Source: Octopus vulgaris (taxonomy: Eukaryota). From it: a DNA stretch of 64,000 nt. Below, piece after piece: positions 41,607-54,180 of the stretch. The first letter of the stretch is position 1, and every line of letters starts with the position of its first letter. A program made the translations under genes and the position numbers. Below the pieces are notes generated by a model. That model ran no database searches. It worked only from the letters and a program-made list of their open reading frames with translations, and was not told the DNA's origin. The stretch lies in assembly GCA_951406725.2 (NCBI GenBank), contig OX597821.1, positions 5,270,001 to 5,334,000 of the forward strand, in the 5' to 3' direction.

Positions 41607-42846
41607 TCCTTGTAAACGCAAGAGAGATGTGGAATAAAAATATATTAATACATTTCTAAGATTATTGAATTGACATTGCTCTCGGTTATTTTAAGAAAAC
41701 TAGTCATTGCATTTTGATGGTGAACGTATTGATGACCAAGAATACCATGTGCTGGTTTTAGAGAATGAGCAGTGGGAAGTTAAGTTAGAACCACTCCAAT
41801 TACCAAACGGAAAATCCGATACTGTTGTGAAAGAAATAACAGCTGTTTTAGATGAATACAATTTATGGAACTGTGTAAAGATGATTGTCGCTGATCCAAC
41901 GAGTGTTAACACAGGGAAAAGAAATGGCATTGTCATTCAGTTGCAAAGACTGTTTGCTCAAAAGATTTGAAAGAACCACAATTTATTGGTTGTCAGCATC
42001 AGATCCTTGATAGAGTTCTTCGTGTTGTAATGGATAACGAACTTGGAGAAAATAAAGTCATTTCCCAATCTTTGCCAGAGCTTCTAAGTAACTACGAGAA
42101 ACTCCAGGCTAATTTCAACAATGGTGAAGAAAAGATTACCTAATCAGAAGGATGGCGAGATAACATGAAATTTCTATTTCCTTTAACCAGAAATTTCCGT
42201 TTCTTTGAAGAAACCTGCAAATTTCCTACTGTAAAGTTTCAAAAATACCCAACTTAAGTAATGCAAGATGGAATTCTCGAGCAATATTAGCTCTTTTGGC
42301 AATTATTCTTCTACCAAAGAAAAGAGTTTTGCTTCTCAAATCTTTGCCGATTCATCTCTTACAGCTGAGCAGATTTTTGGTTTACAGACCAAATGTTCAA
42401 TGCACGTGATTATCAGAAGTTGTGTGGTGGTAGCTTGTAAGTTCATAAAAAAGCATTCAACTCTGTAAAAATCTTTTGGAGTCAAGAATTATCAAAACTG
42501 GAAATTCCAAGAACTAATCAGAGTAAAGAACGAGAAATCAAGTGCCTTCAAGAACTTTATGATGTTTTGTAAGAAGGAGAGAAACTTCAGCTTCGATTTA
42601 TTTTATCTAACAAAACATTAATTCTGTTTATGTTTTAAAATTTGCTAACATTCAACACCGTTTTTCTTATACTGTTATTTAAAATAGGAATTAAACGTAT
42701 AAAGTTGAAAATATGTATAGTTTTTTAATTTTGTATGTTATAGAATGCTTATAGTGGCCTTAAAATAACCGAGAGCAATATCAATTCAGTAATCTTAAAA
42801 ATGTACAAATACATTTTTATTCCACATCTCCCTTGCGTTTACAAGG

Positions 42847-42848
<2 letters not shown>
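41607..42848 (+). pseudogene. hATm-like DDE transposase remnant bracketed by ~90-bp inverted repeats
   Basis: Translation across stops gives LHFDG, VAD.TSVNTGKRNG, GCQH.ILD, NARWNSRA, PRTNQ..ER.IK; IR arms 41607-41695 and 42759-42848; N-terminus missing. Confidence 0.7.
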
Positions 42849-42878
<30 letters not shown>

Positions 42879-43034
42879 GCATGCATACGTACATTCTTAA
42901 GAATGTATGTATGTTAAGAATGTATGTATGTACGCATGCATGCATGCATACATACATACATACATACATACATACATACATACATACATACATACATACA
43001 TACATACATACATACATACATACATGCATTCCTA

Positions 43035-43340
43035 ACTCCGTCGGTTACGACGACGAGGGTCCCAGCTGATACGATCAACGGAACAGTTTGCTTGTGAAAT
43101 TAACGTACAAGTGGCTGAGCAATCCACAGACACGTGTAACCTTAACGTAGTTCTCGGGGAGATACAGCGTGACACAAAATGTAACATGACCGGCCCTTTG
43201 AAATACAGGTACTACTCATTTCTACCAGCTGAGTGGACTGGAGCAACGTGAAATAAAGTGTCTTGCTCAAGGGCGCGCCGGAATTGAACTCACGACCTCA
43301 CGATCGTGAGCTGAAATCCCTAATCACTAAGGCACGGGCC
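43035..43340 (-). mobile_element. tRNA-derived SINE family C
   Basis: Minus strand: GGCCCGTGCCTTAGTGATTAGG head, GTGAGTTCAATTCC B-box, CTTGAGCAAGACACTTTATTTCAC core, CGTAACCGACGG tail; lies within (TACA)n. Confidence 0.8.
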
Positions 43341-43448
43341 ATCGCCATACATACATACATACATACATACATACATACATACATACATACATACATACAT
43401 ACATACATACATACATACATACATAAAATACATACATACATACATACA

Positions 43449-43479
<31 letters not shown>

Positions 43480-44581
43480 GCATGCATGTACATATGATGG
43501 ATTTCGTCACCGGTGTTTTACTAAACTCCCACGAGTATCGGGGCTATAATTTCAGACCTTGGTCCAAGATTCAGTGCAGTGGTAGTGTAATGATCTCGAA
43601 ACCACATGGTGTCCAAGGGAACCGCTTAACCACACAGCCATGTCTGCACTAAATAGTTATATATGAAACATTCCTTTAGTTATATTCTAATCATCGAACT
43701 CAATAATGAAAAAGTCGGTTATTTAACTAAACACCTTGAAATTCTTGATTAATTTCAATATTAATTAAATCCCAATGTATTTCATTAAAAATCTGGTCAC
43801 GAAAGGGTTAACTAACAAAAAGAAAATTCGACAAATATCTCTAAAATTAGTTAATTTATTCTTTATAAATGCCACACACAGCAGGTGACAGTTGAGGTTA
43901 ATTAATTTCGTGGCCATTGGTAACTGTCACCGTATGATCAAATGCAGTTGTCATTAGGCGGGTAAATGAATTAGCTCCTACTTTTTATCGAACCTTTGCG
44001 AGAGACTTGTATGAATGAGCCTGAATATTTACGCACTACGCGATACCTAAAATATTCAATTCCTGTCTACTATACACATTACAGTAGAGTAAGCAAGGCG
44101 ACTGTTAGTGTCGCTAGATTATCGAATAGACTAACAGACGGAATAATGTTTCGGCATTCGTTCCGGCGCTGTGAGTGCAAATACTGAAATACTCAACGTT
44201 GATTCTCCTCTTTTCCGCCAGGTGACATGAAGTAGCAGTCAAAAGCGAAGTTCGTTTCTTGCTTTTCTCACGCTTGCGGTTTTTTTCGAGAAGGAAATCG
44301 GTGTTGGGTTTGATCCCGACATTGGTAAAGGTTGTCTTCATATTAGAATATCGAAGACAGTGCTCCAGGAACACCTTCAGAAGTTGAGAAACCTTAATAT
44401 CACCACACAGAACAGCAGAGCTAAAAACTCGACGAGTAGAGTTAGCACCGTGGTTTTCCCTTTAAATTACTGTCATTTAACGTGGCAAATTTAATTAATT
44501 CTTTCGAGAAAGCCAAAGCGGCGTTTATTTATATGCGTACGTATAGATGTATGTATGCATGAATGTGTGCATCAATGTAAG

Positions 44582-44648
<67 letters not shown>

Positions 44649-44699
44649 AATACTAAATTTCTAAATCTCTCATAGAGACATGTACGGTGGCGGGGCGAT

Positions 44700-44870
44700 A
44701 GAATGGTTGTATACTGTCAATCTAACACGAATTTGACAGTAGGGGGGTACACTACCGCTGTTTAGCCCTAGGAAGCATCGACGTCGAGGTGTCGATTCTT
44801 CCTAGGGTTAAACAGCGGTGGTGTAACCCCCTACTCTCACGTTCACGTTAGATTGACAGTATACAACCAT

Positions 44871-44873
<3 letters not shown>
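44700..44873. repeat. 174-bp palindromic (MITE-like) element
   Basis: AGAATGGTTGTATACTGTCAATCTAAC...CCTAGGAAG.ATCGAC pairs with GTCGAT.CTTCCTAGG...GTTAGATTGACAGTATACAACCATTCT; short loop. Confidence 0.85.
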
Positions 44874-44930
<57 letters not shown>

Positions 44931-45036
44931 TATATAAAAGTATATATATATATATGCATATACATATATATAAAAGTATATATATATGTATGCATATACA
45001 TACATATATACATGCATATATGTGAGCATGTGAATG

Positions 45037-45095
<59 letters not shown>

Positions 45096-45140
45096 CTATA
45101 TATATACTTTATTTAAAATCAGCAGAAAATTCAACAAAAC

Positions 45141-45178
45141 CTGTTACTCTGAGTTTCACGTTCCCGTTCGTCGGACAG
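45141..45178 (-). ncRNA. Minimal type I hammerhead ribozyme motif (U4C variant)
   Basis: CTGT-CCGACGA-ACG-GGAA-CGT-GAAA-CTC-A-GAG-TA-ACAG: stem I, GNRA-capped stem II, near-palindromic stem III. Confidence 0.7.
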
Positions 45179-45218
45179 TTTTTGCTAGAATTACTCCGGT
45201 ATATACATAATTTACTCC

Positions 45219-45261
<43 letters not shown>

Positions 45262-45279
45262 TACTGCGGTATATATATA

Positions 45280-45505
45280 TACAAAATGTGACCGCGTGTG
45301 TACCGTTCGCGATTTTTTTCCTCCGCCTCCCCTTCTTTGGATCTTTCCTTCTCCTATGTTTCCAACGAAGATCTCCACTCGAAACGTTAAACCCTCCTTC
45401 TTTCCTTCTTTCCTTCTTTCCTGAGCGTCCAATAATACTATATTTGTTCCACGTCCTCGCGTTGTTGCTTTTCTCTTTGTGTTTTCATGTTTGGATTAAC
45501 TTTAT
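45280..45505 (+). mobile_element. PLE-type pLTR fragment with decayed HHR (45358-45392)
   Basis: GTTT-CCAACGA-AGATCTCCACTC-GAAA-CG-TT-AAAC; sits between TA tracts. Confidence 0.5.
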
Positions 45506-45530
45506 ATATAAATACATATATATACACACT

Positions 45531-45622
<92 letters not shown>

Positions 45623-45652
45623 CATGTATATTTATATATATATACATTTATA

Positions 45653-45698
<46 letters not shown>

Positions 45699-46413
45699 CA
45701 CACATATATATGCATACGAACGTGCATATGTGTGTATATACATATGACCAGGCGGGCATTGCATATTTTTCCCATATCCTTCATAACTTGTATCTATAAT
45801 ATTCCTGATTATCAGTTCCGTTACTAAGGCAGTTAGTTACGTTGCCAAGTGTCCCCTTCCACATAGTACATATTTCTCATCAGTTCGCCATAGCGAGAAT
45901 GATTTTCCCTTTTACTAATCTTTAACATTATATCGCATCTACTACCCTACCGTTATTAACTGATGAACATAATTTCTATCCTATTGTATCTGGTCTGTCA
46001 TGCTTTCATTTTATTGATATATTGACAAAAACTTTACCCCGATTTCATTCAAATTACGTTTGGTTATGTCCTGCACATTGCTTTGACATCTTGTATATTT
46101 CCTTAGGTTTATTTATCGTTTCAACGGATGTTATTATGTCATAGCCGTGTCATTGTATCCCATAGTTAGAATAATAACGTTATGTAACATTATTAGGGTT
46201 TATATTTGTAGAAAATCTAGTAGTTGTTTCAAATAAGTCAAACATGCACAGAGAAGCCTCCTGACTGTTTGAATATTTGCAACAAATTTAATTACTGAAG
46301 TAGTCTTCAAGAAAGGATTGATTCCAGGAGGGGATAATAACTCTACATGTTATACGTACATGCATACATATGTATATGCATATTATATGTATGTATATGT
46401 ACGTATATATATA

Positions 46414-46685
<272 letters not shown>

Positions 46686-46727
46686 ATACATATTTTTCCA
46701 CTCGTGCGGTACCTTACAACTTTACTT

Positions 46728-46766
<39 letters not shown>

Positions 46767-48444
46767 CATACATACATTCATACATACAAATATATATGTA
46801 TATATATATATATATATGCACGACAGACTTCTTTCAGTTCCCGTGTACTAAATCTATACACAAGTCTCTAGACGGCCCGGGGCTGTTGTAGACTATTGCA
46901 GAAGTCCTTTGCCCAACTTGCTCTCTAGTGGGACTGAATCTAAGACTACGGTGTTGAGAATCAAGCTTCTCAACCACACAGCAACGTCTGCGCACCTATT
47001 TCTGTTATTTTTATGTAATTTAATTTCTTAGCTTTCTTAATCAGTCGCAGAATCCATTGGCTGAACATCCAATAAGGCGCAGACCTACAGTGATGTCAGT
47101 GAACCAACATAGATCTAAACAGTTGCTGTCTCGATGCCTGTTCTGTACCAACTCATCAAACTTTCCTCAAGTCATGAACCTGACACGTGTCTGTCAAGAT
47201 ACTATCTCGTCACTTTCAATATATATGCATGTGAACGCAGCACGACAGTGAGATAGAGTCCTCAGCAGCGGACAATCAATCAAGCTAGCCGGAATATTCC
47301 ACGTAAAATTAGATGCTACTCTTTCTTCCATTATGTTCAACAGAATAGACTATTTTTGCATATACTTTTATTTCATACATTTTATATCCCTACCTATTTT
47401 CCCTTTCATTTATTTTTTTTTTCCTTTTTATTTTTTGCTGTTGACTGTTTCCTTGCGTCCATTTGTTTTTGCTATTTTTCTTATCATTATAACTGTTGTT
47501 GGTGTTGTTGTTTATACAATTATTGTCATTGGCAAGATTTGAAAATTGCTTTTTTTAGAAACTTATGAATAATTATGAGAAATTATATTTGCTATACAGA
47601 GATTTCTTTGGATCAAAAATAATACTCAATTACCGGGAAGATATTTTTGGCAGCAGCTAATGTTTCATAACTAATTAGTTCTAAGGTGTAATAATAAAAA
47701 TATGGCCGTATGAATTTTAGTGATACGAACAAATATTAAAGGATGAGAGCGAAGAAGGGAAGGAAGTACATCAGTCTGGTGAAATGGTAAAGAACTGTTC
47801 TAAAAGTTCTCTGGCATTTTAGTTATCAAAATATACAAGCATGGCTGTGTGGTATAGAAACTCGCTTAGCAACCTCATTGTTTTGGGTTCAATCACACCC
47901 AGGACAAAGGCCTAATACTTTAGCTCCGGGTTTACTAATGTCATGTCAGAGAATTTGGTAGACAGGATCTATATGAAATTCCGTAGTGTGTTTGCGCGTG
48001 CGTGACATGCATGGCCTTCCGGAAGCTAAAAATATTCGCTCAGCGTGTAATCAATAGCAGCTAAATCCCTCTTAAATCATACTGTCCTGCTATTGTAATA
48101 TAAGTGGGGACGGATGGAAGTCGCATTCGATAATGAAGTCCGTCATAAATTACACAGACAAATAAGCGAGGGGTAATTACGACTGGTATATATTCTATCA
48201 TAGGTGTGCTCGTTCAGGGCGAACAAGGGTTAAACATTAACAGCTCGCCCTCATTCACAATTATTGGGTTTTGGTGGATGAAACTCAGTCATACGTTTAA
48301 CATTGCAGTACTTAACACAATCTTACAACAACAGAATCCAAGCCAATTATAGAACTTCTCTCGTGTGCTCGCTTGATCTGACTGAAACAGCAGTAGACTA
48401 CATTCAATCATACATATAAAATACACCCTAGATTATCGTACAGA

Positions 48445-48580
48445 AATAGCCACAGGACTGGTTGTGTGGTAAGAAGCTTACTTCCCAACCACATGGTTCC
48501 GAGTTCAGTCCCACTGCGTGGCACCGGGCCGACCAAAGCCTTATAAGTGGATTTGGTAGACAGAAACTGAAAGAAGCTCG

Positions 48581-48626
<46 letters not shown>

Positions 48627-48888
48627 TTCATTGCATGCTTAAGACCGTTAATTGAAAGGACCAATGAAACAAATCTATTTTGAAAGGTGTATCCTTTAAC
48701 TACTTTTGTTTATATCGTTATTTCTCTTCTATTTTGATATAACCTGTCCGACGATGGGAACGTGGAACTCTGAGTAACAGCTTCTGTTATATTTCTCCTG
48801 CTATTAAATAAAGCACATTACTCTACCTCTGGTATTTGAGTACTCTTTTTTGCACCTTGTTTCACATTTATGTGCTTACTCCGGTATG

Positions 48889-48921
<33 letters not shown>

Positions 48922-49190
48922 ATGTGTGTGTGTACGTGTGTGTGTGTATGCATGCACGTATGTATGTACTTGTGTGTCAGTTTTTGCACACCATCACCAC
49001 CACCACCGTTTGACAACCGATATTGGTGCGTTTACATCCCCGTAACCTAGCGGTTCGTCAAAAGAGACAGGTAGAATAAGTACTAGGCTTACAAAGAATA
49101 AGTCCTGGGGTCGATTTCTTCGACTAAAGGTGGTGCTCTAGCATGGCCGCAGTAAAATGAGTGAAACAAATGAAAGAATAAAAGAATACA
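48445..49190 (+). mobile_element. SINE family B with nested pLTR/HHR insert (about 48623-48885; HHR 48744-48780)
   Basis: SINE halves flank a TA-bounded insert containing CTGT-CCGACGA-TGGGAACGT-GGAA-CTCTGAG-TA-ACAG, a sister of 45141-45178. Confidence 0.8.
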
Positions 49191-49399
49191 TATAACCACA
49201 TTAGGCTATGGATCTTCCCTTTTCTTTTGGGCGGTGGTCATCTGAGTTACTTGCCCCTTAAATTAACGTGTAAAGGGCTGAGTATTCTATAGATATATGA
49301 GTTCTCAAAGTAATTTCCGAACAGGATCCATGCGGTAGACTGTGACAAAGTTGGCCTTTTGAATTAAGGGTACAATCCATCCAACAGTCATTCATTTAA

Positions 49400-49900
49400 C
49401 ATCGCAGTGCTTAACATAATAACTCCCGTTTTAACAAGTCCCATAACCATCATCCGTCGTGCTGCTTACAAGGACTCCCGTAATGCTCTTTCACCCCATA
49501 GTTCTCTTATATTTGAATTTCGTGCTTGAGCCATTATCAATTATTTTATTAGCTGATGATACAAACATAAACGCCCAACCTATAGAAGCGTTCCAGTTCC
49601 TCTCTTCATAGAGTTTGCTGTTCGTGTGCAACAATCTTCTAGGAAACCTCCACTTAGTATCAATGCAAGAAATACCGTTGGTTTTGCTGACCTTTTCCGC
49701 TGCTTCTCTACAACCTGACATGCTGCAATCCCATGGAGTATGCGTGTGTTTCAGCTATGCAGGTACTTAGAGGTATCTGCGGATTTGGGGTGTGCAGGTA
49801 TTTGAAAAATACCTCGTGAAGTGGCAACCGTTTCCTAAGGAATTCCCGGGCTGCCATTTGACAAGGCAGAGTACCGTTCAGTCAGCCTGCCACGATACAG
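49400..49900 (-). mobile_element. Possible old RTE-type LINE 3' remnant
   Basis: Weak translated similarity (HP...; RELW.ER) to the RTE C-terminus at 55521-55799; heavily decayed. Confidence 0.3.
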
Positions 49901-50058
49901 CGATATCATAACACATCCCACTCACTAGTTATTATTCTACCGGATATTATTGTAGAAAACACCCACTTAAGAACCAGACAGATTAAATCTGGAACTGAAG
50001 TGTGTGATTGCAACGCAAACTCCCTAACAACACAGCTATATCTACTCACTTAGACTTA

Positions 50059-50579
50059 CCGTAAATCCGCGAGTATAATCCGCATTTTTTCCCCACAATT
50101 TAAAGGTCAAAATCCCTAGTGCGTACTATATACGAGGTTAAAAATGAAAAATATTTTCTAAGCAATGTCCGAGTCTATATTTGCTGTTCGGCAATGTTTA
50201 TTCAGACGCATTTTGTGATATTGGGCGCCAAAGTACATTAAGGTAAGCCTGAAAGCAATGAAGTCATAAAAGAATCATCCATAATTGCAATAAGCAATAT
50301 TTATTAAAATAAAAGTATTCAGAACACAGAATAACATGTAACAAAAACAATTTGCATACACATTTACATTCCCATATAACAGTTAAGAACATCACCATTA
50401 TTGTATTACGCATGCATAGAAGTGTTTGTTCGACTAGGTGCTGCTGGCTTAATTACGCACGACTCAATTTAGAGAAGGAGTATGTATTATACACAAGGTT
50501 TAGGTTTTTCAGAGGTACAGCTCCCTAAAAATCCCCTGCATATTATACTCAAGGGCGGACTATACTCGAAGATTTACGG
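50059..50579. mobile_element. Tc2/pogo-like MITE
   Basis: TIRs CCGTAAATCCGCGAGTATAATCCGC / GCGGACTATACTCGAAGATTTACGG; TA on the left (TG on the right); subterminal TATACGAG/TATACTC repeats. Confidence 0.75.
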
Positions 50580-51378
50580 TGTCTTTCATAAGCCTCGGGA
50601 TTCATGAAGCAGAAGCTTAAACTGATTTCCGTGGCACGTAAGTGACACTATTCTCCCACATGAACACGACACCGGTCTTTGAACCATATGAGCGTGTGTA
50701 CAACACACTAACCACTAGTCCACGCAGCTTCTAATACAAGAAACACTTTAAAAGTTATTAACTGAGTGGTTAGTAGTGAAACACTCATGATTATATGTAT
50801 CAGCTGGATTTGAGCTTTCCTGAATGCAAATCAACAATAAAGAGTGTTTGTCACGAAATTTATTTCAATACACCACTGCTTGCCTCCATTTTATGTTTCC
50901 TATTCAAATGCTTTCATGTTGCAAATGCTTTTGAGATTCTTTCAAAAACGTTTCGCATGTTGTTTTAAAATTGTATTTATTTATTTGTTGTTTTGCTTTG
51001 ATTTTTTTTTTCATAGACCTGATAGATGTCAGGTGACGAAGAAAGGACGGAATCGCTTTTTATGGCAATCAATAATTTTTTTGCAGATAAATATATGAAA
51101 TACAAATATCTGGTTTAAAATGTTTATATTTACACACACACACACACACATACACACAGACGCAGACACACATACAGACACACACACGCACACACAAACA
51201 CACACATATATATAATATGTATATATGGGAGTGCATACAGATAAAGCGAAAGTGTGAGAGTATGTGAGGCAGAGTTAGATAAAGGAGTATGTAGATAAAT
51301 ACGTAGAGATATGTGGGTAGACAGACATATTGTTTGATAAACAAACATACACACACACACAAACACACACACACACAC

Positions 51379-51411
<33 letters not shown>

Positions 51412-51454
51412 CATTATTTACATTTGACGGATATTTGTCATCTTGTTTGTTGTT

Positions 51455-51500
51455 AACGCAACGTTTCGGCTAATATACACTCCAGCCTTCATCAGGTGTC
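51455..51500 (-). ncRNA. Minimal type I hammerhead ribozyme motif (canonical core)
   Basis: GACAC-CTGATGA-AGGCTG-GAGTGTATA-TTAGCC-GAAA-CG-TT-GCGTT; the plus-strand sister 51651-51697 has GAAA changed to GTAA. Confidence 0.75.
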
Positions 51501-51512
51501 TTGGACATATAA

Positions 51513-51575
51513 GCGTAGTGGTTCAGAGCGCGGGCTACTAACTCCAAGATTCCGAGTTCGATTCCTGGCAGTGAC
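51513..51575 (+). promoter_or_regulatory. tRNA-derived Pol III A/B-box head (not a functional tRNA)
   Basis: GCGTAGTGGTTCAGAGCG (A-box/D-arm), GGG-CTACTAA-CTC anticodon-like arm, GAGTTCGATTCC (B-box); 5' acceptor strand missing. Confidence 0.7.
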
Positions 51576-52355
51576 GTGAATAATAATAATAATAATAATA
51601 ACATCGAAAAATAACTTAGGAATAAGAACGCAGCTTCGAAATTTCCCCAAGACACCCTGATGAAGGCTGGAGGGTATATCCGCCGTAATGTTGTGTAAAC
51701 AACAAACAAAATGAGGACAACTATCCGTCAAATGTAAATAATGTAAATAATGTACATAATTCCTCATCTCTTAAATATAGGACTGCATCACTCTTGTCGA
51801 TTTGCCGGAAAGAATATATCTGGTTTGCATAAGGGTTTTGCAATCACGTTGGCAGAATCAGTTGTAATTCTTCTTTTCTATTAATTTATCTTGAAGAGTT
51901 TCTGTTATTTCTGCCATGTATACGACAGAGCTTATCAGGGCGTCGACAGTTACAACTAGTAGTGGGATTTTGATGATGTTTACGAGTAATAATATTTATA
52001 TTTATATAGTATGATAATTTAATTGGTATGTGTTAGAAATCTTCCTGTACTTGTGATTTATTGGGAAATGCTTATCTAAAACTGAGAGGAATTTCGTAAC
52101 TACAGGTGTATTCATAGGCTTATTTTTATGATACATATTTTTAGTTGAAAAATTGTAATATATCTTATCTTTGAAGCCGCTCTTTGCTACAGTATTGCAG
52201 TATTGCTTTAATGGCGGGGTGTCTTAAAGAATATTTCATTAGAAGAGAGATTTTATATCATATTATCAATGTATGTACACAGATATACACATATACACAC
52301 GTAGACACCTACACACACATATGTAGACACACACGCATACACGCACACACATATG

Positions 52356-52409
<54 letters not shown>

Positions 52410-52410
<1 letters not shown>

Positions 52411-53100
52411 TTTAAGAGGAGGTCGGAAGATGAATGATACGAAAAATTTTATTAATCATTAGAGTTATTTCAATCCACCCAGCACCGATCCTTCACGGGT
52501 GTATTTCTGCAAAAGTACATTAATATGCATGTATGCATCTTGTGAGTCTTTCAGAAATTTTGTTAGTTATGTTTTCATTCGTGCACACAATAGACAGGGA
52601 TTCCTAAGACCAGAGCCAGCATCTCCTGGAAACGACATTATATATTTTTTGTGCCTTAATATGGACCGTTGTATAATACTTAATTTCATCTTCCTTGAGA
52701 CGCCACACAAAATCGACCAAAGATGTTAAATTTACATTTTCGATTTTCTTGAAACTTTCAACTTGGTTGAGATAACGATTCTTGAATGAATTAGCCGTTG
52801 CCCCCACTGTAAAGTTCTTTCCTTGTGTGTATGGTACGTTTATACAAATGATGTATACTTAAGTAGAAGTTCATCAATAGGCGTTTTGATTTTTGTCTAC
52901 AAAACCATATATCTTTTCCAGGGCATGCTGACTCTGCTTCGAGGAATCCCTGTCTATTCTGTGGGCCAAAGAGAAAGCCACTTACAAAATTTCTGAAAGA
53001 CTCTCAAGATGCTTGCATGCATATAAATGCACTTTCTCACAATACAGCGGAAATGAAATTGAGTAACCATTAACCTAATTAATAATCATAATATCCTTTA
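52410..53100 (-). pseudogene. PLE 3' end: GIY-YIG endonuclease remnant with inverted partial copy
   Basis: Minus 52860-52520 translates VYII...VGATANSFKNRY.N..SF...TSL..FVW.LK...Y....CWL...ESLSI...NKISE...C.H; arms about 52500-52632 and 52913-53046 are inverted; (TA)n on the left. Confidence 0.75.
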
Positions 53101-53759
53101 AGGTATGGATGAATTAAATTTAACCCTAACGTCCCTATTCTTATAAAACCTAGGCACATATTTAGTTCGCTTTATGAACGTAAATGTGCAAAGCCTCTCT
53201 TGTGCGTATGCTTATGTCTTAGTGGATGTTTGTAACCACGAGAGTATATATGCGCCTAACAACCTATGCGTGGGCGTTTATACATACATATCTGTTAAAG
53301 ATTATATCTTAGACATTTTTCGCTGTATTGTGTATTCCTTTCGCTTTTGTTTGTTTTTTTTATTATTGATCTTCTACATAAATGAATCCATATCCTTTAA
53401 CTCGCTTATTTTTTTTACACGAACCGCGAATATACCTTGCGGAAGAGTCTTTATTTTAACGAGTTGTGTCTAATTACTGCCCGAAGAGACACATCAACAC
53501 CGACAGATGCTCCTATACCAGTTGTTTAGTATCTCACCTGTGAGTGATCGATGCTAGACGAGTCGTAACAATTGTAGTGGTGAATAAAAATTCACGTATC
53601 TTTCATCTTCCGTCACTCCCATTAATCAAATACTTAACGAACACTGTGAAAATGATCGAGCTTTACCGGCAAGCTACCAGGCATACAACATACCTTCTAT
53701 TATCTAATAATAATAATAATTATTATAATTATAATTATAATTATAATTATAATAATAAT

Positions 53760-53812
<53 letters not shown>

Positions 53813-53817
<5 letters not shown>

Positions 53818-54180
53818 CCAAGAAAAAAGCAATAAGAATGGATTAGTAGTCTAGTACAATTGTTTCATACCAAGAACAATTTTATTTGAAGCTGCAAATA
53901 TTGCAGCAGATACAAATGTCCAGTATTCATCAGCTAAATCAGCTGATGAATACTGGACATTTGTATTTGCTACAATACTTGCAGCTTTAAATAAAATTGT
54001 TCTTAGTATGAAACAATTGTACTAGACTACTAATCCATTCTTGTTGCTTTTTTCTTGGTTATAATCACCCCACATTATTTTATGGTTAATACCATAAACA
54101 ATTCTGGTGCATCTAAGTTAAGAACCATATTCATTTGAATTCATTGGAATTCACTTGAATCTTAATTATTTTTGCTTTAT
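53813..54180. mobile_element. Hairpin of two back-to-back HHR-bearing arms (53813-53935 and 53941-54063) with right-arm extension
   Basis: Minus arm: TTTAG-CTGATGA-ATACT...GGTAT-GAAA-CAATTG-TA-CTAGA; plus arm: CTGATGA-ATACT...AGTAT-GAAA-CAATTG-TA; TA repeats at both ends. Confidence 0.85.

Larger units (their letters stand above)
51411..51785 (+). mobile_element. tRNA-headed element with HHR-bearing tail and inverted tail copy at its 5' side
   Basis: Inverted arms 51411-51504 and 51647-51744; spacer holds a tRNA-like segment 51513-51575 and (AAT)n; left arm abuts (TA)n. Confidence 0.8.

Noticed and set aside
44114-44440. GC-richer stretch with an 86-aa ORF as exon candidate
   Set aside because: No domain or convincing splice-site pair identified.
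51513-51575. Functional tRNA gene
   Set aside because: Acceptor stem incomplete and arms imperfect; embedded in a repeat, so treated as a SINE-type head.
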